From Pocillopora damicornis (lineage: Eukaryota): a stretch of DNA of 64,000 nt. Under the pieces are notes generated by a model. The model was given only the letters and a program-made list of their open reading frames with translations. It searched no databases and was not told the origin of the DNA. The stretch covers positions 434,001-498,000 of the forward strand of contig NW_020845755.1 in assembly GCF_003704095.1 (NCBI RefSeq). The letters are read 5' to 3'. Positions 1-11,363 of the stretch are shown in pieces; the stretch's first letter is position 1; every line of letters starts with the position of its first letter. Position numbers and translations under genes: made by a program.

Positions 1-173
1 ATCTTTGTTCAAAGTTTGTCGTAACTGGAAACGTGTGGTCCGTTGCCACGTAGGTGTTCCAAGCATACCCTGGGGAATTTGATTGCTTTTGTCACGTAAA
101 CAATTTCTTTTGTCTCTTCAAATTTGCCTACCCATTGACCACGTGAGTCAACTGCACTCCACAGCGGTTGCAT

Positions 174-772
174 TGGTCATGATAAAACGCATACTGCAGA
201 CCATGCAGACTGCGCAGACCGCGCAGACCCTGCAGGCTGTGCAATTTTTTGTTCGCTTTTTTTAGACTGTGATTTACATATGATTAAGGTGTATACACCA
301 CTTTCTTGCTCTTTTGGTAACGTTTTTCCAAGTTTCGAACTCTCGTTACCTAGCAAAGCAAAATCACAGGCTCAAGTTTCTCAAGCTCATGGAGATTAGC
401 CCCACACGGCAAGATGTATCGCAGATGTTATTTTTGTGGACAGTGACGCTGATTTAGAGGTACGGAATGTGCTGTGTGAACGAAGTAAATGATTAACAGG
501 ATCTTCACAAGACAGCCCAAAGAACTTTACGGTAAAGAAAGTGCTGCAAGCTAAAATTGAACTTTACCAGGAATAAGATTTTTAAATCGGATTAGAAGAC
601 TGATTAATAGCTAGTAAGGAACTTTGGCCATTTCAGTATCGAAGTCGACTGGGTGATAGGTCATGACTGAATTTGTCGTTGTCACGCGGGCTGTAGCGGT
701 CAAAATTCTGCAGCGAACAAAGCGTACTCTATATGGTCTGCACGGTCTGCAGTCTACGTTTAAGCATGATCG
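174..772. mobile_element. Non-autonomous DNA transposon (MITE-like) with imperfect TIRs and a 9-bp target-site duplication
   Basis: Left end TGGTCATGATAAAACGCATACTGCAGACCATGCAGAC matches the reverse complement of the right end (CGATCATGCTTAAACGTAGACTGCAGACCGTGCAGAC). It is flanked by CGGTTGCAT (165-173) and TGGTTGCAT (773-781). Subterminal GCAGAC repeats are present. Confidence 0.7.
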
Positions 773-827
773 TGGTTGCATGGATGCGCATGAAAGCCGT
801 TAAGACGATTTGAAAATAATCTTCAGC

Positions 828-943
828 AAATGGATTCTGGATTCATTCTCTAGCGGGATTCTGGATTCCAATGCCCAGTATTCCGGATTCCACAAGCAAA
901 AATTTCCTGGATTCCGGAATCCGGATTACCTTATATGGGGCGA
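828..943. repeat. Short dispersed-repeat fragment with GGATTC(C/T) subrepeats
   Basis: Several TGGATTC/CCGGATTCC units ending in CCTTATATGGGGCGA; looks like one end of a MITE. Confidence 0.45.
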
Positions 944-2007
944 AACGGGACGGGTTGAATATTCGTCCGCTGATTATACATTCTTGATGAGCAAATAAAA
1001 GGAACTAAGAAATTCTCATACTAATCAAGGATCAACAAAAGAAAGGAAGAAATGGCCACGAAATGATAGCAAGGTGAACAAAGGAAGAGAATAGAAACCA
1101 AAGGGAAGACAAACCGAAGGTAAAATGAGGGTCAATATAAACTTGCTATAAAGGACAGGAAAATGGTTACGCCTATATAATCCTTACTTGTGCATGTCAG
1201 GAATTTCATGAACAAATAAATTCGCTTGTCTACGAAGTTAGTTTATGGTATTTGAAAGTGTTTTTTGGTTCTCTTTTTGTTCGTTTGTTCTTTTAACGAA
1301 TGAACATACTTCTTTTATCTGTACAAATGTAATTTTGCAGTCTCTAATACGTTAGAAGAAGTCGATTGACTTGCAGTATCATAAAGATTTGGTTAGAAAC
1401 ACGGAATGATGTGCCTGTGTTGAAATTTGCTCCATAGCAAAGCAATCAATGATCTAACTTAGATGCACATCTCTCATCGGTTGAGAGATATACTTTGATG
1501 AGAGTATGTAATCAAAGTTGTTCGATAGAGATTCTCGTGGTTTTTTTTCCGCAGGGGAGGGGGGAATCCATATTTAGAAATAAAAGAGGACTTTTTACGT
1601 GTTATATGGGCTCATAAAAACATTTAAGGGTTTGGATGTTTTGTCAAAATTACGAGAAAACTACTCAGGGGTTTGCATAACAGCCTCGAACTCGAAATCG
1701 TAGTTCCAGCTCATGAAGAAGAGATTCTAATTTTGATTTTGTAATCTTTATTGAACCAAAATTAAATTCACTGCAAAATTGTTGAAGAAATTACGGACAT
1801 GTGGGTGGACTAAAAAACTGCCTTGAAAACTGATCAGTTGCTATAAACTACTGCGCAAAATAAGAAATGGAAATCTCTAAAAAATCCGGCCAGATAGGCT
1901 CAATCATTGCTATATATCTCGCTGTACTGGTAAAAAAATCTACAAAATGTTCGTGTTATAGGGGATCCGTGCGTACCACATTTTGTTACAGAAAATAGTT
2001 TTACTGG

Positions 2008-3106
2008 TCATTCTTCATAATAGACAGCTAGAATTGCCGAACAGGTTCCAATAATTCTTCCTTGGAGCTGACGAATATTCTCAATGCTTCTTGCGCTGTA
2101 TTTTCGCTGATCTCTAACAACGCACGTGACTTCTTGACGTAACTGCTGAATCAAAGTACCCAGCTCTTCTGTGAAGGGAACTTCAGCGTCCTTCAGCTTG
2201 TCAATTCGTTTATTAAAGTCACTTTTCCTACTGCTCAAGGCAATGCGCTGTTTGGCTGTTGAAAGACAATAGCATAGAAATTCAGTACACCCGATTGATG
2301 GATACCGCCACTTTATTACAAGAAAGCTTCACTGCTGGGGGAAATTAAAATTGATTCATCAAAAATAAACTTTAAAATCAAATTTTTTTTGCATAAAAGG
2401 AAATGAAATACATGTTATAGGAAAGAATCACACATATATGCCATTTTGAAACTGGAATTTAGTGAGGGCCGCCACTGGCGGCGATTGTGACGCTATACGG
2501 ATGCTACAGATATCTGTACGATCCCCTAGGACTTTAGCAAAGAAAAGAGCTGTTTCTTGGTGATAACAGTGCCAACCATATGACGTCACGCAAGCCAAAA
2601 CGACAGCCAATGGGAAACTCAAGGATCTGTGTAACATGTAATTCTTTCCAATTTCTTACACATTTTGGTTGTTGTTTCCCATTTGTTCTCACAGAACTTC
2701 ATACTAGAGAAATTTTCATCAGTTTCACAACAAATTGCTTCACTAAGGGAGGCCTCTGTTAACAGTGGAGAAGGGTAGATGTAGGGAGGAAAGGGAGGGA
2801 AGGGAGGGAAGGGAGGAAGAAAGTAGAAAACTCACCCAGCAACTGCTTGATAGCCCGTATGTATGGGACACCTAAATTGGTTCTGTTAACCGCGCGTAAA
2901 TCCTCGGTCCAGTCATTGACTATCTGCAATACCGACTGCAGTTCAGACCTCTGTTGCTCCATTGTCTTCAACATCCCATTTAAATCATCTATTCTCTTCC
3001 GCAGAGCCTGTTGGTTACTGAAGATTTTCTTGACAGGTATGCGCTTTTGTTCATCACCGCTGGAACCTTCGTTGTCGCTGAGCCCACTATCTGACGACAG
3101 TGACAT
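2008..3106 (-). CDS. Uncharacterised 172-aa helical/coiled-coil protein (gene A), 2 coding exons
   Basis: Exons 3106-2836 and 2255-2008. Donor G|GTGAG and acceptor TTTCAACAG| join in phase 1 (519 nt). The spliced protein aligns across the junction with the ORF at 10153-10698. Start ATG 3106 is the best guess; 3139 is possible. Confidence 0.75.
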
Positions 3107-3820
3107 CTTTTTATCTGATATAATGGCAAGATGGAACATATTTATTGTCAAAATTTTTTTAAAGAAATTAAAACGACTACAATGTCTGAGAAAGTGTATT
3201 TCTCATCTACATCGGTAACTAGGACAACAAAGTACAGAGTACGTGCAGACAATTGGACGCATTCAACAGGACAAAAGTAAACACGTGAACACATACATTA
3301 CCACCATGGTTTACTGCACGAACATTTTAAGATTACAAACAAACGGACTCCATCAAGCTTGAATAACTGTAAAAGAAACTTGCAGGGTGGTCAGAGGGAT
3401 GAAGATCACAGTAACAAATTAGTCAAAGAGGGTACAGCCCTTAAATCGGTATACAATCCTATTAATTATACTTATACAGGTTTTCATTATACCAGTTCGT
3501 AAGAAAAGTCATTTAATTGTTTCAATGGATCAGCCATTGACTTAAAGAGTAAGATAAAGTCTTGTAAAGACGAACCTTTTGTTTACATAGCTGAATTATC
3601 TTCTTATTATGGTAATGTTCCTCAGAGCATGGCTAAGTGAGGAAGGAGGTTTGACGAAACTACTTTATTCACTGCATCCTTACTTCTTGGTTCGCCATTT
3701 TGCAATCAGAGTGTATTTTGTATATTGTCTTTGGCTAAAGAAGTCACAGATGTATCTCCCACCTCAAGAATCAATAAATCACCCTCCTAATTAGAGTTCT
3801 TATCTAACATGAAAGCTTTA

Positions 3821-5199
3821 TTAAAGCTTTTCACAAGGAATTGCAGACATACCTTTCTGTGACATAGCTTTGTTTTTCTTCGGCATCGCTGCGGCACACC
3901 TTACTCCTGCAGCCGAAGATTTAGAGTTACCGGGATATTTTAAAATACCTTTCCTTATAGGAGACTGATACTTAGACGTGGCGCTGCGTTGATCCTTTAT
4001 GATTATGTCCCCAAACAATTCCGGGACCTTATTTCGACGGGCCTGTCGTGGAGCTGGTTTAACGGAGAGTGCCCTGGAATGCTGAACTCTTTGAGGAAAA
4101 AACTGTCTTTGAAACCCTTTGGAGGGTACAATAGAAGGAAATTTCTCAGGGTAACTGTTACAGCTGTTCTTCTTTTGCTTCATCTCGTCTGGCACTCGTT
4201 GAGAATTTCGAGTCAATGATGTTTTGATTCGATCGTTTCGTGTCAGATGCGACTTAAGGTTTATGGGATTTAAAGTCATCCGGTAACTATTGGCAATCTT
4301 ATCCAGACTGACGGAATTTGGTTTTAGTTCTGTAGTTGACTGCTCAGTATTTGTTCTTAAAGTCTGGTTCGCAATGGCTGGTTCGAAGTCTTGCTCGATG
4401 CCGCTCTCTTCTTTGTCCTCTGTAGATGTTGAACTGTCACACCGTTCAGATTCGTCTAAAACAGAGAGTTCATCCTTGATACTCTCACTGTCTTTCGTCT
4501 CGCTACGACACATGAAATAAAATGAAACATAAGCATACTTACCACGAGCAGAGCAGGTTAGTTTTAAAATGAACAGGCTTTTGCTGTGGAGTCTTTCAGC
4601 TATTTTCTTTGAAATTCAATTAGAATAGTATCAAATAAAACAAGAAAGGGTGGAAAACTACAGACCGCTGAAATACACCTGTTAATTTGCTTTTGATCTC
4701 GCTTTTCCTTTTGCATTTGAACCAATCATGTTGCTTGGTGAAAGCTTAACACAGCACCTATCATGTGTAAAAGAACTGACGTGGCCATACCTCTCTGTAT
4801 CAGAAAGCGTCGAAGATTCCAAAACTAAACACAATTCGGATATTTCATGCTTCTTTTCCAAAGTTCTCTCCTCGGCTCTGTCGTCAAGTTTACCGACTGA
4901 GTCAGGGACATTTGGTTCAATGTAATTGCCCTCATATGATTCTCTAATCGCTTTTACGTCTGACGTAGATTTCAAAATACACGACATCGGCTGGTTTGCT
5001 TTCATGACTGGTTGAGCGGCTTCAAGTTCCTGAAGCAAGAGATGAACATGAGTGTCTTCCAGGATTGCATAGTTTACAATATGTAAATGTGTAAACTGAC
5101 CTGAAGCTGAGAGTTTGGGTCAACATTTTCTTTCTGAGATTCGGCGTTGTCATCGTCTTCCTGTTTTGATTTGCGAAAGCTGAACAACCTCCGGAGCAT
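3821..5199 (-). CDS. Uncharacterised ~339-aa low-complexity, probably disordered protein (gene B), 3 coding exons
   Basis: Exons 5199-5101, 5029-4791 and 4502-3821 with GT-AG junctions in phases 0 and 2 (1020 nt). This joins the 118-aa and 230-aa ORFs. Acidic middle, basic C-terminal part. The frame is also open up to an acceptor near 5234, so the 5' end is uncertain. Confidence 0.6.
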
Positions 5200-8100
5200 A
5201 TTTTCGCGAATAAATGCGTCCAGGACGAGGTAAACTGTTTAAGGGAAGAAATCATAACTTAGTTGGCTTATAGTTATAAAAAAAATGGTAAAGGAAAATG
5301 TTTCTAAACACTAAAAGACGGAAACTGAATTGGAAAAAGAGAATATACAAGTTTACAAGCTACTGATGGATAGGCGATCCATTTCTAAACTAAATAAATA
5401 CCAACAAAGAGAAACCAATAATGCTGGTTTTGGTCATTTGTAAGAAATAAAAGTCCCCGATGAGCAAGGTGTTCAACAGCTGTCTCGCTATCACGCGTCG
5501 CTTGCGAAATCGTGCAAGCGTGTAACAGGTGTTATAACTAATCACGTGTGTCTATCAAGGGCAGACTCAGTGAGTAGAACTTCAGTATAAAACTAAGGTG
5601 TAAACAACGCTGTAATTGATATTAAAAATTATGTAGGATTAATATGAAAGAAACAAAGAAACGGCTGGAAAATGTATTAAACTGTAGTTTGTTTAGAAGA
5701 GTGATTACGAGCGAGAACGAACTTGCAGCAGGCGGTACTAAAATTATTGACATAATGAGGCAATAAGAATACCTGTTGGATTTGTATCCTCGTTACCTTG
5801 CTATGGAAATATAAATACCTTTCTACATCAGTTAAGACGAGTTCCTTGCTGTAATTTACTTTACTCGTGTGGGAATTCTTAGGAAGCCGCAAATTTTGTG
5901 ACAAATTGCTCCCCTTACCACTTGTTTGTAAATAGCGGGTTAACGTGGGTGGAGTTTATCTTATTGTCAACCGCCTGATAACAAACACCTTACATCATAT
6001 ATTCTTTTAATTTGGTGGGTTAGGGAAATGAGGTTTAGGGCGGGATTTCTCTCACCGTTCAATTTATCAACAATGATTTTAAAGATGGTGATAACGTTGC
6101 AATAATGCTCTGAACTTTGAGAGTCTTTTGCCCTTCGCCACTGGTAGACGCTTATGAACTAGGAACTTAGACGGACGCAAAATTTTACCCACCAGCGGAA
6201 ATTTTCTTTTGCTTTTTGTACAAAAAGAATTTGTCATAACTTATAGTAAAAAACTTGATTGAAAACCAAGAGATAGGAATATTACCGAGAAATGCAGATA
6301 CAATTTATAGAAAAGTATTCATTTTCCCGCCCGATGCGGGTGATGTTCCCCAAACCTTACTCTATGAATTGAAAGTAATGACAAGGCATAAGAGCAGGTT
6401 GTAATATTAACTCAGTGACAATTCCTATTTGTTTCGCTCGAATTAAAACCATTTTTATTCAAACCTATCTGAGAGTGGTCTGCCCAATGACGAAGAAAAT
6501 ACAATGCCATGGTATATTTGAATCGAGACATTATGTTATGAGAGGGTGAATAAACACGAAACTTAAAGAACTTTAAATTTTGACATTTCTCTCAAATTCC
6601 TTTCCTGGTGTTTTCTTAGACAAATTACATTGTTAACACGGACACAACCAAAGTTAAGAAAGCAGTTAATATATCTCTCTGACTTACCTCCACGATTACG
6701 CTTCTTGTCCGCTGACTGTGATGATACCTTTACTAACGACATAATCAGCACAAGAACTTGTTATATCAACTCAGTGTTTAAAAATTCATGGAAACAACCA
6801 GCCTTGGAAGGATTCCACACGAACTCTTAAAATATCGATCAACCGCCTAATGAACTACCTCTTGCTACAGATCAGGTATATGAGGTGCAGCCGCAATCGC
6901 GAGGAGTTTGACAATTTAAGGCCCACCGTTTTCGCTTAATCAGCCGAGTTGTGATAAATATCTCACGCACCTGATTTGCCACAAAAAACTGACTTCTCCT
7001 GGGCGTTAACAGAGCTAAAGAGACAACCACGCCTTGGACGATAAGGTCACTCGAAAATTTTCCTCACCTGAAAAGCAAACAGTTCCTTAATCTACACGCA
7101 AATGTTTACAGAACTTATGACGAGGTCTTAGGAGCAAATAAAGCTGAGAGACATCTGTTCATTGCGCTAAACTCGTATTTGAAAGTACCTCGACTTATGC
7201 TGTACCACAAAAATTGTGATTTTTCATCTCAGCATTTTGAATAGAGATACGAAAAGGTGGCAAGAGTAAATTGAGTCACTTCACGTACCTTATACTGTGA
7301 GCTCTGTAGGACGCCAGGGGGCTTAAAGGGATTATCACACAACACAACGGAAACTGTCATAACTCTGGACGACTCAAACACGCAACAACAGGGTGGAACC
7401 ACGCCGTCTTTATTTCTAATCTCAGAGTGGTAGAATGGTACTCAAATTTTTTTAAATTTCGAGGCTGACAAAGGCTTGATTCAGAAAACGACAATTGTAG
7501 AAGGAAATGATACCTCAATTTTATGAATCTTAAGGGAACGTTTGGCAAATAAAGCATTCTGTCGTTAGGATTACTATTAACAGAGAAGCAATGTCCGAAA
7601 GATAAAGTCCTTAGCTCTAAATCTATGAAAACGCATCCTATTCTAAAAATTGTACATTGACGTTGGTCTATATCATTGTTTGTCGTGTAAGGACCCAGCT
7701 CAGCCCACTGGAAGTAGAATACTCAACACGGTAAACAATTCCCTCTCAAAAGTACTCTAACGTGCACTAATAAGTTAGTGAAATAATAACTCTGACCGTG
7801 ATTGGCGATTTTAAAGCACCTATGGGAAAAAAGTTAGGGAGCCTGATGTCTCTTAACTCATTATAATTGCATTACGTTTTTAATGGAGCCGTAATATTGC
7901 CGTGTAAAATAATAAGGATGAAAGTTCTGTCATGATTGGCTATTGTTAGCCTGTGAGCATTGGTGCTGCGCAGAAGCGCGCGAGATTCGAGCAGACGAGT
8001 GAAGCGAGCGAGGGATAAGTCTTTAAGGAGTCTGGCACTAAATACAGAAAGACTGGGTTGTATGAACATAAGTATTTCAATGTGGGAATAAGTTACCAGC

Positions 8101-8504
8101 GATGATGAGTTCGGAAGTTCGAACATAATCTTTCCCCAGTCTTTTTTTTTAAGATTGTTGTTTATTCCATAATCTCTTGACAACCTTTGAAAAAAATGGG
8201 CAATTATTTTCGTATAATATCGTCCAGCCCTTTGTTATCTAAGGTTGCTAAGTGTCATGGTAAACAAAAAAGAAATAAAAGGTCAGCATACTTTAAACAA
8301 GACAAAAAAAAATGGAATCTCATCTAATTGATATACGTGGAATAACTTACACCAGTGCCTCATGTTTTGGAAAGAGTTGAACGGGATATAATAACGATAG
8401 CGATATGCTGAGAGCGCTAGAACATTCACGAGAACCCGCACATTAAGGCTCAATTTAAGCCTAACCTGATCCGGCTTTGATTCAATAAACAACCATTCAA
8501 CGAG

Positions 8505-9033
8505 CTAACTACTTGAGTCTAACAGGATTAGACCTGCTGGTAGGTCATTGAGATATGTTCTGTTCACTTCAGTGATCCTATTCGCAGGATGTGAACGAGA
8601 ATTTTTCCTCCTTCTGTAAAGAGTAGCCCTCTGGCATTCACAGAAAAGTAAATTCAAGACGTGTCAAATAGTTCTTCTCATATTTGTAGAGTGCCTTGCC
8701 AGATAATCAAAATATCTCTTTAGCACAAAGTACACTATCAACCACAACTTCAAGACTTACGAAAATCCATTACCAGGCGTCATATTTGATTTCACATATT
8801 TTGGTCTTTAGGGACGAGATAAGGAAGAAGATACTGGAGACTTTTCACGATACTGTTCAACAGAAGGATTTTTAAACTTCGTCTTAATTCTAAATTTTTG
8901 TAATTGTCAGGATAGCCTGCATGGTATCCGCCCGTTCTTGAGAATTGTTTTGTACGTTTTCACTCTATCATCAGATAGACTTGTTGTTATTGCGGTCATG
9001 GTGGGGGTTATTTTGAGGCCTCTAGGTGTTCTC
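8505..9033 (-). pseudogene. Possible decayed gene: two phase-compatible exons, the first with two in-frame stops
   Basis: Exon-like segments 9033-8761 (273 nt, ACAG acceptor, GTAAGT donor) and 8613-8505 (TTTACAG acceptor, TAG stop) join in phase 2. Internal stops at 8909-8907 (TGA) and 8810-8808 (TAA). Confidence 0.25.
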
Positions 9034-10152
9034 CTGTTATGACGACCGACATACCATAAACAACATACCAATACTTTGTGGTAAAATGCAAAACAAGCTG
9101 AAAGTGACAAAGCGATTTTTTCCGTCGATCGAAACACAATTGGAAAATTGCTTGTTCGAAATTATCTTTATCCTGAAATCTCTTTCAGGCTGTGATCATA
9201 GTCAACGTTGTGGTAACAGCCTTATGAAAGCAGATAATCATCATGTCTTCATTTACAATGCCTGTTCTGTTCAGACGGAGATCGAACGTCATCTTTTAAG
9301 CTTGATGATGGCGAAATAAACAGGAAAGATCAGTAACAAATAGCACGGGGAGTTTAAGTCTGATTCAGTTGCCTACTTTCATAAGCAGAAGAACAGGTGT
9401 TGCTCTTAGTTTCCAGATTGGACTCCTACTACGAAAACCAACGATAAACGTTTTTAGAGAATTTCATACCGTTGCCATGGTTGGAAAGTTTCTTTCTGAG
9501 TTGCTCAGTGGACCATAAAACGGATCAGTGGCTCTTTTTTTCGTGACTATGTTTATTTACGCTATAATCGAAAAATGTAAATGATAATTTTGCTATCATG
9601 ACAATGTGTTAGTAGAGGGCTTTTTAAATCTTTTCGGTTGACGGAAAGATACAGTTAGCTTTATTTTTGAATTGCCTATGAAAAACCACAATTTTTCAGA
9701 TTGATTTTGCCGCAAAACAAGAGTCTAAGTAATCTGGTCGCTGATCTTTACTGCTCGATCAAAATTAGGCTGTAGTTTCAGTTGTACTGTTGAAGTCAAA
9801 TATTTCTGCAGTGACTGAAGGCACTCATCCTAGTTGTCAAATACGTCACTGCAGGTGACTGTGAATGAACAGGTGGTACCGCACAGTAAACAAACAATCT
9901 CAACCGAAGATAGTCATCTATGTATCTAACAGTTAATTGGGAATAAACTAAGCTTAGCTGGCACTTCCACAAGGCACTTAAATGAAAATCAAAAATTAAC
10001 TGAAACGATAGTAAACCGGCCCTGCAGTTTTCATCTAAGTTATTGACCCACAACTGACCTACGAATTTACAATTAATCAGTTTTAATTGTGGGGACAAAT
10101 AGACGCTGTACTGACTGTTTTATCAAAGTCTGAGATAAGTAGAATTATCCGG

Positions 10153-10698
10153 TTATATTTCCCGGTATTCCAAGTATAAGACAGTCTCTAGTGTTCCTAT
10201 CAGCTCTCCAAGACATTGCGTGATGTCCTCTATTCTAGCAATGTAATCACTTTCGTCACTCGCAATGGAATTGACAAGATTTTGTAGATTTTTGGCGCAG
10301 TCCGTGATTTTCTCATGTCCTGATACACTGGAGTCACAGAGGCGCTGTAATGTTCTGTTAAACATGCCGTGTTCGTTGTTAAGCTGGGGCCTTATCTTAC
10401 CGCAAAGTTCGCGCACTGGTCGAATGCATGGCACCTCAGGACCGTAACGGTCCACTCGTCCGAACGCCTCACTGAGTTTCTTAACAGCATGACAAATGGC
10501 CTCTAAATCTCTTTTTTCACCTTGTTTCATGACACTCGGATCTTCACTTTCTGATTTTGCTCTTTTTCTACAATTTCTGTTTCCACGCGCGTTGCTTCTT
10601 TCTTGAATTTCCATTGCTACTTTGTTGACATTTTCAAGACTCTTCCAGGTTCGACGCAAACTGCTCCATTGTGGGCGAGCGTCCTGTTTACAGCTCAT
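10153..10698 (-). CDS. Uncharacterised 181-aa protein (gene A'), single coding exon, paralogue of gene A
   Basis: Open frame from ATG 10698. The C-terminal ~118 aa align with gene A at about 36 identities with one gap (hand count). Confidence 0.75.
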   Translation of the reverse strand: MSCKQDARPQWSSLRRTWKSLENVNKVAMEIQERSNARGNRNCRKRAKSESEDPSVMKQGEKRDLEAICHAVKKLSEAFGRVDRYGPEVPCIRPVRELCGKIRPQLNNEHGMFNRTLQRLCDSSVSGHEKITDCAKNLQNLVNSIASDESDYIARIEDITQCLGELIGTLETVLYLEYREI

Positions 10699-11029
10699 TG
10701 CAAGCAAATTTGGCTTTTTTTCAAAATTATCAGGGCGTGGAGTCCGTTAACCAAGTTTGGATGTACGGTTTAAAGTAAGGTGAATCAAGGATATACAATT
10801 TTGTTAAATATAGATCCTGACCTCATGCCACCTGATCTTACTGGGTAATGCCTCCCAAACGAACGGAAACGGAGCGAACATTGCACGAACGGCCAACGAT
10901 CATTTACAATCTACACTTCGGCAGTGATCGACCAATCTCGTTCTCAGGCCTCCCCTCCTCCTCCAAAGTAATTGGGGAGAAAAAGGGTTGAAAATGAGGC
11001 TGTTTGAGCAGCTGCAGCTGCACAAATGC

Positions 11030-11363
11030 GTAAGTGACCAAACTTGAGGTCAAGATGGCTGATGTTGCATATTGGCTGAGTTCTTTTTTTTCTTTGTTTG
11101 CGTTTTTATGAACCGAGACTTTGTTGTGGTCCATGGCTGGATATTGGCCGAGTTCCTTTTTTTTCTTTGTTTGCGTTTTTATGGACCGAGATGATGTTGT
11201 GGTCGATAAAAAATTACGGACTTTATAAGTCCGCTCTCAAGCAATTTATTTACCTACGTGGGATCAAAGCAGGCAATCCCGAGCGGGCAAGATCGGCTCG
11301 GGTAGCCAATCAGAACACAGGATTCGCTTCATATTTATCCCGGGCACTGCCAGCGATGTAATT
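11030..11363. repeat. Dispersed repeat with an internal ~77-bp tandem duplication
   Basis: ATGGCTG..ATATTGGC.GAGTTC.TTTTTTTCTTTGTTTGCGTTTTTATG.ACCGAGA...TGTTGTGGTC occurs twice (about 11056-11131 and 11133-11204), followed by a CCCGAGCGGGC/GCTCGGG palindromic block. Confidence 0.6.

Noticed and set aside
5700-7250. Several strong minus-strand splice signals (near 6688 and 6971-7066) and an ATG-less + frame near 6994-7243
   Set aside because: The candidate exons have stops in all frames or no recognisable product. They may be UTR or lncRNA exons, but the sequence alone does not support a call.
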